From contig CAWBZI010000006.1 of the NCBI GenBank assembly GCA_963793265.1, positions 864,001-928,000 of the forward strand: DNA of 64,000 nucleotides, read 5' to 3'. The translations under genes were made by a program, and so were the position numbers. The notes beneath the pieces were generated by a model that was given only the letters and a program-made list of their open reading frames with translations, was not told the DNA's origin and did not search any database. Numbering within the stretch: the stretch's first letter is position 1; every line of letters starts with the position of its first letter. This stretch comes from an uncultured cyanobacterium (GTDB lineage: Bacteria; Cyanobacteriota; Cyanobacteriia; Phormidesmidales; Phormidesmidaceae). Shown here in pieces: positions 21,173 through 31,583 of this stretch.

Positions 21173-21907
21173 GTGGGACAGAAGATTCACCCAACCGGGC
21201 TTCGTCTTGGCATCACCCAGGAGCACCGCTCCCGCTGGTATGCCGACAAGAACCGTTATCCAGAACTCTTGAAAGAAGATTTCGAGATTCGCCAGTACGT
21301 TGAGAAAACCCTCGCAAACGCCGGGATCTCAGAAGTACACATCGAACGCAAGGCCGACCAGATTGATCTTGAAGTTCGAACTGCTCGCCCCGGTGTAGTG
21401 GTCGGTCGTGGTGGCGCAGGCATTGAGGCTCTGCGCGTGGGTCTGCAAAAGCAGATTAAAGACGACAGCCGCCAAATTAAAATCAATGTGGTTGAAGTGG
21501 CTCGCGTAGATGCCGATGCCGGTTTGATTTGTGAGTACATCACGCAGCAGCTAGAGCGCCGGGTTTCATTCCGTCGAGTAGTGCGTCAGGCGATCCAGCG
21601 AGCGCAAAGAGCGGGCGTTGAGGGCATCAAAATTCAGGTTAGCGGCCGGTTGAACGGGGCTGAGATTGCCAGAACAGAGTGGACTCGTGAGGGCCGCGTT
21701 CCTTTGCACACGCTCAGAGCCAATATTGACTACGCCTATCGCACGGCTCAGACGACTTACGGCATTTTGGGCGTGAAGACCTGGGTATTTAAGGGCGAAG
21801 TGATTCCGGGTCAAGAGAATCAGCCTGAAGATAGTAAAGCTCAGCCACGTCGCCGTCAGCCACGTCGCCGTCAGCAGTTTGACGATCGCTCTAATAACGA
21901 GTCGTAG
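21173..21907 (+). CDS. rpsC: 30S ribosomal protein S3
   Basis: [23 protein letters not shown]. Confidence 0.97.
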   Translation: MGQKIHPTGLRLGITQEHRSRWYADKNRYPELLKEDFEIRQYVEKTLANAGISEVHIERKADQIDLEVRTARPGVVVGRGGAGIEALRVGLQKQIKDDSRQIKINVVEVARVDADAGLICEYITQQLERRVSFRRVVRQAIQRAQRAGVEGIKIQVSGRLNGAEIARTEWTREGRVPLHTLRANIDYAYRTAQTTYGILGVKTWVFKGEVIPGQENQPEDSKAQPRRRQPRRRQQFDDRSNNES

Positions 21908-21966
21908 CTAACGAGTCATAGGCTAATAGCCAAAGATAACGCGAGCCATAGAAAAAGAGATCCATC

Positions 21967-22386
21967 ATGTTAAGTCCAAGAAGAACGAAATTTAGAAAGC
22001 AGCATCGCGGTCGGATGCGCGGTATGGCCCACCGGGGTAACGAGATTAACTTCGGTCAGTACGCTTTGCAAGCAACTGAGTGCTGCTGGATGACGTCACG
22101 TCAAATTGAAGCAGCTAGGCGTGCTATGACCCGTTACATCAAACGGGGCGGCAAGATTTGGATTCGGGTTTTCCCTGACAAGTCTGTCACCATGCGAGCC
22201 GCAGAAACCCGGATGGGTTCGGGTAAAGGTAACCCTGAGTTTTGGGTTGCTGTAATCAAGCCTGGCCGGGTGGTGTTTGAAATTGCCGGTGTGAGCGAAG
22301 AAATTGCTCGTGAAGCGATGCGACTGGCATCTTTTAAGCTGCCATTCAAAACAAAATTCATCGCGAAAGAAGGCGAGGAGGGGTAA
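21967..22386 (+). CDS. rplP: 50S ribosomal protein L16
   Basis: [18 protein letters not shown]. Confidence 0.97.
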   Translation: MLSPRRTKFRKQHRGRMRGMAHRGNEINFGQYALQATECCWMTSRQIEAARRAMTRYIKRGGKIWIRVFPDKSVTMRAAETRMGSGKGNPEFWVAVIKPGRVVFEIAGVSEEIAREAMRLASFKLPFKTKFIAKEGEEG

Positions 22387-22394
22387 GTACCATC

Positions 22395-22631
22395 ATGGCA
22401 CTGTCAAAAGCAAGTGAATTAAGAGAGCTGAGCGCTGAAGAAGTGACCGCCGAAATCGCCAAGATCAGGCGCGATCTGTTTGACCTTCGCTTTAAGAGGG
22501 CAACTCGCCAAATGGAGAGTGGATTTCATGAGTTTCGGCACATGCGCCGTAAGCTCGCGCAGCTCATGACGATTGAAAGAGAACGACAGTTAGCTGAAAA
22601 GAAAGCTGGCGCATCAGCAAAGGAGGCATAG
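22395..22631 (+). CDS. rpmC: 50S ribosomal protein L29
   Basis: ELRELS...LFDLRF, operon order. Confidence 0.93.
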   Translation: MALSKASELRELSAEEVTAEIAKIRRDLFDLRFKRATRQMESGFHEFRHMRRKLAQLMTIERERQLAEKKAGASAKEA

Positions 22632-22634
22632 GTC

Positions 22635-22883
22635 ATGGCAGCGAAAGAGAGAATTGGCCAGGTGGTCAGTAACAAGATGGATAAGACGGTGGTGGTCGCG
22701 GTTGAAACCCGCGTTCAGCACAAGAAATACGACAAGATTATGGTGCGTACACAGCGCTATAAGGCCCACGATGAGGAAAACAACTGTAAGGAAGGCGATC
22801 GCGTACGCATTAGCGAAACGCGCCCTCTGAGCAAAACCAAACGGTGGGTCGTCGCCGATATCCTCAGTTCTTCTGGCGTATAG
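22635..22883 (+). CDS. rpsQ: 30S ribosomal protein S17
   Basis: [20 protein letters not shown]. Confidence 0.97.
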   Translation: MAAKERIGQVVSNKMDKTVVVAVETRVQHKKYDKIMVRTQRYKAHDEENNCKEGDRVRISETRPLSKTKRWVVADILSSSGV

Positions 22884-22899
22884 GTGAGGATTAATTTAA

Positions 22900-23268
22900 G
22901 TGATTCAGCAAGAGACTTATTTGAACGTAGCCGACAATAGCGGCGCTCGAAAGATCATGTGCATTCGAGTGCTCGGCGGCAGAAAGCAGTATGCAGGCGT
23001 GGGCGATGTGATTGTCGCAGTCGTCAAAGACGCGCTGCCTAACATGGGCGTAAAAAAATCCGACGTGGTAAAAGCCGTCGTGGTTCGCACCCGTAAAGGC
23101 ATTCGTCGCACCAGCGGCATGAGCATTCGCTTTGATGACAACGCAGCGGTGATTATCACCCAAGACGGCAGCAACCCACGCGGCACTCGGGTATTTGGCC
23201 CGGTTGCTCGTGAGCTGCGCGATAAAGGATTTACCAAAATCGTTTCTCTAGCACCGGAGGTACTTTAG
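22900..23268 (+). CDS. rplN: 50S ribosomal protein L14
   Basis: [17 protein letters not shown]. Confidence 0.97.
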   Translation: MIQQETYLNVADNSGARKIMCIRVLGGRKQYAGVGDVIVAVVKDALPNMGVKKSDVVKAVVVRTRKGIRRTSGMSIRFDDNAAVIITQDGSNPRGTRVFGPVARELRDKGFTKIVSLAPEVL

Positions 23269-23616
23269 ATGCTGAAGAAAAAACCGGCTCAGCGCCAAAA
23301 GATGCACGTTCGCCAGGGAGACACCGTTCAGGTGATTGCCGGGAAGGACAAAGGCACGGTGGGCGAAGTGGTCGCGATTAGCGCTAAAAAGTCTCAGGTT
23401 ATTGTGCAGGGCGTCAACATGCGTACCAAGCACGTTAAGCCACAGGCCGAAGGCGAGTCGGGCCAAATTCTAACTAAGGAATTTCCGATTCATAGCTCCA
23501 ACGTGATGCTGTATTCGACCAAGCAGAAAGTCGCGAGCCGCGTGGCTCACACGGTAACTGACGATGGTCGTAAGGTACGCATGTTGAAGAAAACCGGCGA
23601 GATTTTAGACAATTAG
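23269..23616 (+). CDS. rplX: 50S ribosomal protein L24
   Basis: [21 protein letters not shown]. Confidence 0.96.
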   Translation: MLKKKPAQRQKMHVRQGDTVQVIAGKDKGTVGEVVAISAKKSQVIVQGVNMRTKHVKPQAEGESGQILTKEFPIHSSNVMLYSTKQKVASRVAHTVTDDGRKVRMLKKTGEILDN

Positions 23617-23703
23617 GTAGGGGCTTAGCATTGCTATGCCCCTACCTGCCGACAAATCGATCTAACGCCCTGACCAAGCCCAGGGATTTTTCCAGAGGAT
23701 ATA

Positions 23704-24249
23704 ATGGCCGACTCACTCAAAACGCTCTACTTAGAGACTGTTGTGCCTAAGCTCAAAGAAGAGTTTAGCTACACCAACCCTCACCAAGTACCCAAGCTTG
23801 CCAAAGTCACCATCAACCGTGGCCTAGGAGAAGCGTCTAACAATGCCAAAGCGCTTGAGTCTTCACTCAGCGAACTGGCAGCGATTACCGGCCAGCGTCC
23901 GGTAGTCACCCGCGCCAAGAAGGCGATCGCAGGCTTTAAGATTCGCGAAGGTATGCCGGTCGGCGTCAAAGTGACGCTTCGAGCAGACCGTATGTACGCT
24001 TTCACGAACCGCCTAATCAATTTAACCCTGCCCCGCATCAGAGACTTTAGAGGCGTTAGCCCCCGCAGCTTTGATGGCCGAGGCAACTACACGTTGGGAC
24101 TACGCGAGCAGCTTATTTTCCCAGAAGTTGAATACGACAGCGTTGACCAAATTCGCGGTATGGACATCACCATTGTCACCACCGCGAACTCCGATGAAGA
24201 AGGCCGCGCCCTCCTCAAAGGATTGGGAATGCCCTTCCGAGATAACTGA
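23704..24249 (+). CDS. rplE: 50S ribosomal protein L5
   Basis: [20 protein letters not shown]. Confidence 0.97.
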   Translation: MADSLKTLYLETVVPKLKEEFSYTNPHQVPKLAKVTINRGLGEASNNAKALESSLSELAAITGQRPVVTRAKKAIAGFKIREGMPVGVKVTLRADRMYAFTNRLINLTLPRIRDFRGVSPRSFDGRGNYTLGLREQLIFPEVEYDSVDQIRGMDITIVTTANSDEEGRALLKGLGMPFRDN

Positions 24250-24285
24250 GGCCCATGAAAGCTAACCAGAGCAAAGTAAAGGATT

Positions 24286-24687
24286 ATGGCGTCTAACGAC
24301 ACGATTTCAGATATGCTGACGCGCATTCGGAATGCTAATCTTGCGCATCATCAAACCGTCGATATTCCATCGACCAAAATGACTCGCAGCATTGCTAGCG
24401 TACTCAAGGAAGAAGGCTTCGTTGCCGACACCGAGGACGTTGGCGAAGGTATTTCGCGCACCATTAAGCTCACGCTTAAGTACAAAGGCAAGCAGCGCCA
24501 GCCGATTATTCGCAACCTTACCCGCGTCAGCAAGCCGGGTTTGCGAGTGTACTCCAACCGCAAAGAGCTGCCTAGAGTGCTCGGCGGCATTGGCATTGCG
24601 ATTATTTCTACCTCCAGCGGCGTCATGACCGACCGCGACGCTCGCCGTCAGGGCGTGGGTGGAGAAGTTCTTTGCTACATCTATTAG
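24286..24687 (+). CDS. rpsH: 30S ribosomal protein S8
   Basis: [20 protein letters not shown]. Confidence 0.97.
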   Translation: MASNDTISDMLTRIRNANLAHHQTVDIPSTKMTRSIASVLKEEGFVADTEDVGEGISRTIKLTLKYKGKQRQPIIRNLTRVSKPGLRVYSNRKELPRVLGGIGIAIISTSSGVMTDRDARRQGVGGEVLCYIY

Positions 24688-24723
24688 AAATGACGATACA
24701 GGCCAACAAGGAGGCCAGTGATA

Positions 24724-25260
24724 ATGTCTAGAATTGGCAAACAACCTGTGCCCGTCCCTAAAGGCGTCACCGTCACGATTGATGGGCAAAAGGTCACCGT
24801 AAAAGGATCTAAAGGCGAGCTTTCGAGAGAGCTGCCCGATGAGATCGCATTTGTACAAGAAGGCGAAGAGATTGTTGTTACTCGTAAAAACGAGTCGCGC
24901 AATGCCCGCCAGCGTCACGGCCTAGTGCGCACCCTGATTGCCAACATGGTAGAAGGGGTTTCTAACGGCTATGAGAAAAAGCTAGAAATTCAGGGCGTGG
25001 GCTACAGAGCTTCCCTGCAAGGACAAAAGCTGGTAATGGCGCTTGGCTACAGCCACCCCGTTGAGTTTGAGCCCCCCGCAGGCATTCAGTTTGCAGTGGA
25101 GAAAAACACCAACGTAACGGTTACAGGCATCGATAAAGAAGTCGTGGGTAATACCGCCGCTAGAGTTCGTGCCGCTAGACCCCCCGAGCCTTATAAGGGC
25201 AAAGGCGTTCGCTACGCAGGCGAGCAAGTAAGACGTAAGGCCGGTAAGGCAGGTAAGTAG
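24724..25260 (+). CDS. rplF: 50S ribosomal protein L6
   Basis: [16 protein letters not shown]. Confidence 0.97.
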   Translation: MSRIGKQPVPVPKGVTVTIDGQKVTVKGSKGELSRELPDEIAFVQEGEEIVVTRKNESRNARQRHGLVRTLIANMVEGVSNGYEKKLEIQGVGYRASLQGQKLVMALGYSHPVEFEPPAGIQFAVEKNTNVTVTGIDKEVVGNTAARVRAARPPEPYKGKGVRYAGEQVRRKAGKAGK

Positions 25261-25264
25261 AGAC

Positions 25265-25621
25265 ATGAAATCAACGCGTAGAGAATCTACCCGTCGCCGC
25301 CATACGCGCGTTCGCCGTCGGGTAAAAGGCACCACTGAGCGGCCAAGGCTCGCTATTTTTCGCTCTAACCAGCACATTTATGCGCAGGTGATTGACGATA
25401 CTGAGCACAAGACCTTAGCAGCGGCTTCGACTTTGGATAAGGATGCTGGCGCAAAAGCTGGCAGTAATTCGGAAGCTGCCGCCGCAGTTGGTAAACTCAT
25501 TGCAGAGCGGGCGATCGCACAGGACATTTCACAAGTCGTCTTTGATCGCGGCGGCAAGCTATATCACGGTCGAGTAGCGGCGTTAGCTGATGCGGCCCGT
25601 GAAGCAGGTCTAAAGTTTTAA
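25265..25621 (+). CDS. rplR: 50S ribosomal protein L18
   Basis: [17 protein letters not shown]. Confidence 0.97.
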   Translation: MKSTRRESTRRRHTRVRRRVKGTTERPRLAIFRSNQHIYAQVIDDTEHKTLAAASTLDKDAGAKAGSNSEAAAAVGKLIAERAIAQDISQVVFDRGGKLYHGRVAALADAAREAGLKF

Positions 25622-25656
25622 GGCAACCCCATTGGCCCATAATCCAACGCTAAAAT

Positions 25657-26205
25657 ATGGCAGATAATAGAGACAGCAAAGACAACAGACGCGGTAAAAA
25701 GAATAATAAAAACCGCGAAAAAGACTCTGAATGGCAAGAGCGCGTCGTCCAAATTCGCCGCGTTACTAAGGTTGTGAAGGGCGGTAAAAAGCTCAGCTTC
25801 CGCGCCATTGTCGTCGTCGGCAACGAGAAGGGCCAGGTCGGCGTTGGCGTCGGCAAAGCCAGTGACGTTATTGGCGCAGTTAAAAAAGGCGTCGCAGACG
25901 GCAAAAAGCACCTCGTAGAAGTGCCTCTAAACAAGGCGTACTCCATCCCTCATCCTTCAACAGGACGAGCCGGTGGCGCTAGAGTCTTCATGCGCCCAGC
26001 AGCACCCGGTACTGGCGTAATTGCTGGTGGCGCTGTCCGCATCGTGCTAGAACTTGCCGGTATTCGCAACATTCTTGCGAAGCAGCTAGGTTCCGATAAC
26101 CCCCTCAACAATGCGCGCGCTGCCGCTGAAGCTCTCGACTCGCTTAGAACGCTAAGCAGCGTGGCTGAAGAGCGCGGTATTCCCGTCGAAAAGCTATACG
26201 CATAG
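25657..26205 (+). CDS. rpsE: 30S ribosomal protein S5
   Basis: [18 protein letters not shown]. Confidence 0.97.
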   Translation: MADNRDSKDNRRGKKNNKNREKDSEWQERVVQIRRVTKVVKGGKKLSFRAIVVVGNEKGQVGVGVGKASDVIGAVKKGVADGKKHLVEVPLNKAYSIPHPSTGRAGGARVFMRPAAPGTGVIAGGAVRIVLELAGIRNILAKQLGSDNPLNNARAAAEALDSLRTLSSVAEERGIPVEKLYA

Positions 26206-26276
26206 TCGCTTTACCCTAAGCACTTGCTTAACATCAGGCCCGCATAAGGGGCCATACAACAGGAGACTCCCCGGAG

Positions 26277-26720
26277 ATGAGATTAGAAGATGCAAAGCCC
26301 AAGGCGGGCTCTAAAAAGGCTAAAAATCGCAAAGGTCGTGGCATTGCAGCAGGCCAGGGCGCGAGCTGTGGCTTTGGAATGCGCGGCCAAAAGTCTCGCT
26401 CCGGTAGTGGTACTCGCCCTGGCTTTGAAGGTGGTCAAATGCCCCTTTATCGCCGTGTGCCTAAGCTGAAGCATTTCACGATTGTGAACCAGAAGGTTTA
26501 CACCGTGATTAATATTAAAGACTTGGCTGATCTGCCCGCTAATACTGAAGTGACGATGGATTCGCTATTAGAAGCGGGCGTGGTCACTTCTAATGACGGC
26601 CCTTTGAAGGTGCTAGGCGATGGCGAAATTTCAAAGGCGCTGACGGTGAAAGCTGCGGCGTTTACGAAGTCGGCTAAGGCGAAAATTGAAGCGGCTGGTG
26701 GTAGCTGCGAGATTGCTTAA
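26277..26720 (+). CDS. rplO: 50S ribosomal protein L15
   Basis: [15 protein letters not shown]. Confidence 0.97.
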   Translation: MRLEDAKPKAGSKKAKNRKGRGIAAGQGASCGFGMRGQKSRSGSGTRPGFEGGQMPLYRRVPKLKHFTIVNQKVYTVINIKDLADLPANTEVTMDSLLEAGVVTSNDGPLKVLGDGEISKALTVKAAAFTKSAKAKIEAAGGSCEIA

Positions 26721-26753
26721 GTTAGTTGCTGAGGGTGAGAATCAGATCATCGC

Positions 26754-26840
26754 GGCCCTCATCCTAAATCCTTCTCCCGAGGGGAGAAGGACTTTGAATC
26801 CGGCTCCCTCTCCCGAGGGGAGAGGGTTGGGGTGAGGGCC
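26754..26840. repeat. REP/MITE-like palindromic dispersed-repeat element
   Basis: Outer inverted repeat GGCCCTCATCC/GGGTGAGGGCC encloses two near-identical hairpins, TCCTTCTCCC-GAG-GGGAGAAGGA and CCCTCTCCC-GAG-GGGAGAGGG. Confidence 0.7.
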
Positions 26841-27135
26841 TCAGCAGATAACAATTGAGTAATCTGCTCAATCTTCGATCCTAAGCCTGACTTTCACGGT
26901 CGCTTAAAAGCAATTGGGCAAAATGGGGAGCAAGAGTACCCGAAAAGTAGGTTAGTCGGTAAGCTTTGAAGATTCTTAGCGAGATTATTTATCTCCGGCT
27001 AAGCATTTCGCAAAGAAATTACCGAGCATTTATCCTATTTTTTCACCAGGGCTCCTTGCTCCCTTTATTATTAGATAAGGGTTAGTAATAACGATTAAAA
27101 AAGCGTGTACTTAGCGCTATTCGAGGTTTCTAGAT

Positions 27136-28449
27136 ATGGTTGTGAGTCAAGGCAAGTCGCCCAGCGCTCAAGAGACATTTTTGCAGATGGCCCAGGCGGC
27201 GGGGCTGCGATCGCGCTTACTCGTCACAGTGGGCCTACTCATACTCGTCAGACTGGGCATTTACATTCCCGTCCCTGGTATTGATCGGGCCGCATTTTCC
27301 ACCTTTGTCTCCAGCGGCGGCGCAGGTGGCGTCCTTGGCTTTTTAGACATCATCGGCGGCGGTGGCTTATCGCTGGTCGGCATTTTTGCCCTGGGCATTT
27401 TGCCGTTCATCAACGCCTCTATTATTATGCAGCTCCTCACAGCGGCGATTCCCGCGCTAGAAGATCTGCAAAAGAACGAAGGTGAAGCGGGGCGACGCAA
27501 AATTTCTCAGGTCACACGCTATGTCGCGTTCGGCTGGACGATTTTGCAAAGCACCATGCTCTCCTGCTTCTTGCTAAGAGACTTTGCCTACGACTTCGGC
27601 GTTCCTTTTGTTGTAGAAACTGTGCTGGCACTAACGGCTGGCTCCATGTTCGTAATGTGGGTCGGTGAACTCATTACCGAGCGCGGCTTAGGCAATGGCG
27701 CATCGCTGCTGATTTTCTTGAACATCGTTTCTTCGTTGCCACGGGTATTGGGCGAAACGGTTGACTTAGCTCAAACGGGCGGACGCGCTGAAATTGGCGG
27801 TATCGTTATTCTCTTTTTGGTCTTTATCGCCACCATCGTCGGCATCGTCTTTGTTCAAGAAGGCACCCGTCGCATTCCTATCGTCTCAGCTAGGCGTCAG
27901 GTGGGCCGCAAGCTCTATCTAGAAAAAAGCAACTACTTGCCATTACGTCTCAACCAAGGCGGCGTAATGCCCATCATTTTCGCCTCGTCCATGCTGATCA
28001 TTCCGCTTTCGCTGGTTCAATACATCCAGAATCCAGCCTTTGCGGAATTCATGGGTCGTAACTTCAATCCCACCTCACCGCTATACATCCTGGTGTATTT
28101 GGTGATGATCGTCTTCTTCAGCTACTTCTATGCCTCTTTGGTTGTGAACCCCGAAGACATGTCAAAGAATCTAAAGAAAATGGGTGCGAGCATTCCTGGG
28201 ATTCGTCCCGGCAAGGCAACCACCGACTACATCGGTAAAGTACTAAACCGCCTGACATTCTTAGGTGCTATTTTCTTAGGGCTCGTCGCGGTAGTGCCTA
28301 GCCTGGTTGAAAGCGCTACTCGCGTAACAACCTTCAGTGGCTTTGGCGCAACGTCACTTTTGATTTTGGTTGGTGTGGCCATTGACACCGCTAAGCAAAT
28401 TCAAACCTACGTTATCTCTCAGCGCTACGAAGGCATGGTGAAAAGCTAA
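27136..28449 (+). CDS. secY: preprotein translocase SecY
   Basis: [30 protein letters not shown]. Confidence 0.98.
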   Translation: MVVSQGKSPSAQETFLQMAQAAGLRSRLLVTVGLLILVRLGIYIPVPGIDRAAFSTFVSSGGAGGVLGFLDIIGGGGLSLVGIFALGILPFINASIIMQLLTAAIPALEDLQKNEGEAGRRKISQVTRYVAFGWTILQSTMLSCFLLRDFAYDFGVPFVVETVLALTAGSMFVMWVGELITERGLGNGASLLIFLNIVSSLPRVLGETVDLAQTGGRAEIGGIVILFLVFIATIVGIVFVQEGTRRIPIVSARRQVGRKLYLEKSNYLPLRLNQGGVMPIIFASSMLIIPLSLVQYIQNPAFAEFMGRNFNPTSPLYILVYLVMIVFFSYFYASLVVNPEDMSKNLKKMGASIPGIRPGKATTDYIGKVLNRLTFLGAIFLGLVAVVPSLVESATRVTTFSGFGATSLLILVGVAIDTAKQIQTYVISQRYEGMVKS

Positions 28450-29018
28450 TGACTCGACTTATCTTCTTAGGCCCACCGGGCGCAGGCAAAGGAACCCAGG
28501 CAAAAGTGCTCTCAGAGCGCTGCCAGGTTCCCCACATTTCGACGGGCGACATCTTGCGTAGTGCCGTTAAGGCCAAAAGTGAGCTTGGCAAAAAAGCGGA
28601 AGGCTACATGAGCGCTGGCGAACTGGTGCCTGACGAACTCATCTTAGATTTGGTTCGCGAGCGGCTGGGCCAAGAAGATACGGCGAATGGTTGGCTACTC
28701 GATGGGTTTCCTCGAACGGTAGAGCAGGCTGAGTTTTTGAACAAGCTTCTGGACGAGATTAAGCAGACCTGCGAGTTTGTGATCAATATGGAAGTGCCGG
28801 ACGACGTGCTGGTAGCTCGAATGTTAGAACGGGGCCGAGCTGACGATAAGGAAGACGTTATCCGCAATCGGTTAGATGTGTACCGAGCAGAAACCGAGCC
28901 GTTGATTGCGTTTTATCGTGGGCAGCAGCTTCTTAAGTCGGTAGATGGCAATCAGGAATTAGATACCGTCAGCGAGGCGTTGCAAAAGATTGTGAGTGCT
29001 GACGCTGTAGCGTCATAA
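28449..29018 (+). CDS. adk: adenylate kinase
   Basis: [24 protein letters not shown]. Confidence 0.97.
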   Translation: MTRLIFLGPPGAGKGTQAKVLSERCQVPHISTGDILRSAVKAKSELGKKAEGYMSAGELVPDELILDLVRERLGQEDTANGWLLDGFPRTVEQAEFLNKLLDEIKQTCEFVINMEVPDDVLVARMLERGRADDKEDVIRNRLDVYRAETEPLIAFYRGQQLLKSVDGNQELDTVSEALQKIVSADAVAS

Positions 29019-29122
29019 AAGAGGTAGGGCTAACCGGCCCTTTAAGAGTGCAGGGTTTACACAACGATTTGCTACTCTTGAGTTAACTGTATATTTTTCT
29101 GTTTAAAGAGAGGAAGGACTCG

Positions 29123-29350
29123 TTGTCTAAGCAAGATTTGATTGAAATGGAAGGAACGATTACAGAATCGCTCCCAAACGCAATGTTCCGGGTTGACCTG
29201 GACAATGGCTTTAACGTACTGGCCCATATTTCGGGCAAGATTCGACGCAACTATATCAAGATTCTGCCGGGCGATCGCGTCAAGGTAGAACTCACCCCTT
29301 ACGATTTGACTAAAGGCCGCATTACATACCGCTTGAAAAAGCCAAGATAA
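29123..29350 (+). CDS. infA: translation initiation factor IF-1
   Basis: [25 protein letters not shown]. Confidence 0.97.
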   Translation: MSKQDLIEMEGTITESLPNAMFRVDLDNGFNVLAHISGKIRRNYIKILPGDRVKVELTPYDLTKGRITYRLKKPR

Positions 29351-29403
29351 GCCCTTTAGCGAGAGTCGTGATCGCTAGATTCAGATAAACCCATAACAAT
29401 TAG

Positions 29404-29447
29404 TAAGCGCATAGTCAGCTCATATTGAAGCTCTGACTATGCGCTTA
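29404..29447 (+). terminator. long hairpin ending the rplC-infA operon
   Basis: TAAGCGCATAGTCAG...CTGACTATGCGCTTA, a 15-bp perfect inverted repeat; the U-tract is weak. Confidence 0.6.
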
Positions 29448-29485
29448 TCAGCTTTAAAGAGTTCAGCATCAGCTAGGGCAAAGAA

Positions 29486-29739
29486 TTGGCAGAGATATTT
29501 CGTTCTGATGGCTGCGTTGTGAAAATTTTAGTGATGACCACGAGCCGCCTCACGTTCACGTTTCTTCTGCCAAACAAGAGATAAGAATCGATATTTCTGG
29601 GCCGATGGCGGTAGTACTTGGGGCAAGCAAGCGACGACAGCGAAACGCTAGTATTAAGTTTACGAAAAAAGCTCTACGCTTAGTTAATAACCGCCTGCCT
29701 GAGATAAAAGCTGCTTGGGAGTCTATTCATGGAAAATAA
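29486..29739 (+). pseudogene. frameshifted DUF4160-family (HicA-like) toxin
   Basis: TTG-start MAEIFRSDGCVVKI, then a one-base shift at AAAATTTTA (29522-29530) into SDDHEPPHVHV...AAWESIHGK*. The stop overlaps the next gene's start. Confidence 0.75.
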
Positions 29740-30016
29740 GATCGTTGCTGTTCGGTACCTAGCAGAGAATAGAGAAGTCGAGTTGAAGTTTTTAAATGGC
29801 GCTAGATTGAGCTGCCCAGTAGATACTTTAGAGATACTGAGCTGGACGGGCTCAGAATTTGTAAAGGCTCCGTGTCCCACTGATGAGCAGCTTGCAAACG
29901 TTCGCGTATGGGCAGGTGGCTATGCCATCGATTTTCCTGAGATTGAGCAAAATTTTGATATCGACGAGTTGACTGCGATGTTGCCGATAGGCCGTTCCAC
30001 CGAAGCAGCAGCTTAG
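29729..30016 (+). CDS. DUF2442-like putative antitoxin
   Basis: LKFLNG...TDEQLANVRVWAGGYAIDFPEIEQNF; coupled to the DUF4160 remnant. Confidence 0.65.
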   Translation: MENKIVAVRYLAENREVELKFLNGARLSCPVDTLEILSWTGSEFVKAPCPTDEQLANVRVWAGGYAIDFPEIEQNFDIDELTAMLPIGRSTEAAA

Positions 30017-30046
30017 ATAAAGTGCAGATCTAAATGCAGACAACCC

Positions 30047-30319
30047 ATGGCTACTTTGACGAGCAAGACGGATGAGAGGGTTAAGGCAGTGCACTTTGAC
30101 GAAGAAACTGTGAGCGTCGATCTGATGGATGGGCGCACAATTGCTGTGCCCCTAGTGTGGTATCCCAGACTGCTCAACGCCACTCCTGAGCAGCGATCAC
30201 GCTGGAAGGTTTGCGGCGGTGGGTTCGGTATTCACTGGGAAAACATTGATGAAGACTTGAGTACAGCAGGAATGCTACCGGGTGCGCCAGCACCATCCGC
30301 CAGGAAGACGATTAAATAA
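30047..30319 (+). CDS. DUF2442 domain protein (putative antitoxin)
   Basis: VDLMDGRTIAVPLVWYPRLLNATPEQR...GIHWENIDEDLS. Confidence 0.88.
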   Translation: MATLTSKTDERVKAVHFDEETVSVDLMDGRTIAVPLVWYPRLLNATPEQRSRWKVCGGGFGIHWENIDEDLSTAGMLPGAPAPSARKTIK

Positions 30320-30782
30320 GACCCATCTCTTTTCTCATTAAGTAAAGTTCGTGATCAGCTTCCATGAGTGCAAACATACGTTCTTGCTGAGCTAGAGAAG
30401 AGGGGCGTTTTTTAATGATGATGCGATGGTCAGGATCTACCTTGACTGTTTTCTTGAGTTCTTCCATTTCGCACTGAGCTTCAAAATCCTTCCAACCTTC
30501 TTCGTACCAGTCGATAAGGGTTCCGTATTCCGAACCGCACAGGCTATCTAGAAGGATTAGGCCACCAATAACGGGCAAAGCACCCATTGCGAACAGTCCA
30601 ACTTTCATACTGCCAAAGCCAACCCAAGCGGCGATCGCACTTGTCTGTGCCGCGCCGCTCAGTGAGCCAATAGCCGTTCCAGTTTTTGCAATACCGATAG
30701 CATTAGCAACCGCGTTTATAGCTAGGCCACTGGAACAAAGACCTACACCAATAGCCGCTTGCGTATTCATGTTCATACTCAA
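30312..30782 (-). CDS. hypothetical glycine/alanine-zipper membrane protein
   Basis: Hydrophobic G/A-rich N-half with AKTGTAIGSLSGAAQTSAIAAWVGFG, charged helical C-half. Confidence 0.65.
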   Translation of the reverse strand: MSMNMNTQAAIGVGLCSSGLAINAVANAIGIAKTGTAIGSLSGAAQTSAIAAWVGFGSMKVGLFAMGALPVIGGLILLDSLCGSEYGTLIDWYEEGWKDFEAQCEMEELKKTVKVDPDHRIIIKKRPSSLAQQERMFALMEADHELYLMRKEMGLI

Positions 30783-30917
30783 ATATATTGATTCGTATAA
30801 AGCTCATTATTGCGAATCGAATAATGAGAGAGTCGCCTACTTGCTCCTTCTTTATTGAATTCAAACAAACAAGAAGTAATTAAATTCACGAAGAGAGTCT
30901 TTCAGCGGGATGGTTAT

Positions 30918-31481
30918 CTAATCGAAAATGCTATCGACCGTACAATCAAATCCTGGCAGCAATGGCGAGGTTAGGCTATCTGTGTTCAGCAGTGTAGCGA
31001 ATAGCTGTAGCTGAGTGTCTTGCCGCCTGTAGACTTCGATTTGTTGCGATCGCCAGTCCACAATCCAATACTCCTGAACGCCATGCAGCGAATAGAGCTT
31101 TAGCTTAATCTCGCGATCGCGCACCTCATTTTTACCTCCCGCCGAAAGCACCTCAACAATCAACTCAGGCGCAATTGTAAAGTGTCCGGCCTCATCAAGA
31201 CCATTCGCCCAACGCGCTTTACTCACCCAGATAACATCGGGAATCACCGCATCCCATTCAGTTAATACAACACCAGGCGCTGATAAAGACCTGCCCAAAC
31301 CTGTCTGTCGCGACCAAATTCCTAACTCAAAATGAATATTACCGCCCGCGTTTTGATGCCGAGCATGAGGGGCGTGTGTCGTAAACAGTTCTCCATCTAC
31401 TATCTCGTAGCGCGTCCAACCGCTGTTATCCGGCATCGCGTCTAAGTCTCGAACTGTCCAGCGAATAGAGTGAGCAACCAT
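30918..31481 (-). CDS. Uma2 (DUF820) family endonuclease
   Basis: RYEIVDGEL, IPDVIW, APELIVEVLS, GVQEYWIVD. Confidence 0.9.
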   Translation of the reverse strand: MVAHSIRWTVRDLDAMPDNSGWTRYEIVDGELFTTHAPHARHQNAGGNIHFELGIWSRQTGLGRSLSAPGVVLTEWDAVIPDVIWVSKARWANGLDEAGHFTIAPELIVEVLSAGGKNEVRDREIKLKLYSLHGVQEYWIVDWRSQQIEVYRRQDTQLQLFATLLNTDSLTSPLLPGFDCTVDSIFD

Positions 31482-31583
31482 GAGATGTCGATGATAGCTT
31501 AGCTGTTCGGAAAGCTTGCTTAGTGAGGAAGATTTGAAAGAACGTAATGCTATTGAATTCAGGCTTACTGTAGAGCCTAAGAT

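Noticed and set aside
21841..21875. 15-bp tandem repeat TCAGCCACGTCGCCG in rpsC
   Set aside because: It encodes QPRRR twice in the variable basic tail of S3; trivial slippage.
18022..25946. Long antisense ORFs over ribosomal-protein genes (e.g. 18022-18753, 24307-24918) and other shadow ORFs in the track
   Set aside because: They lie opposite well-conserved genes, reflect codon bias and show no protein motifs.
11492..26276. Absence of rpsJ, rpsN, rpmD and rpsD from the ribosomal cluster
   Set aside because: This is the normal cyanobacterial arrangement.
29519..29533. Programmed -1 ribosomal frameshift in the DUF4160 gene
   Set aside because: The zero-frame codons GTG AAA ATT TTA do not form an in-frame X XXY YYZ heptamer and no clear stimulatory structure follows. 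A simple deletion or error is more likely.
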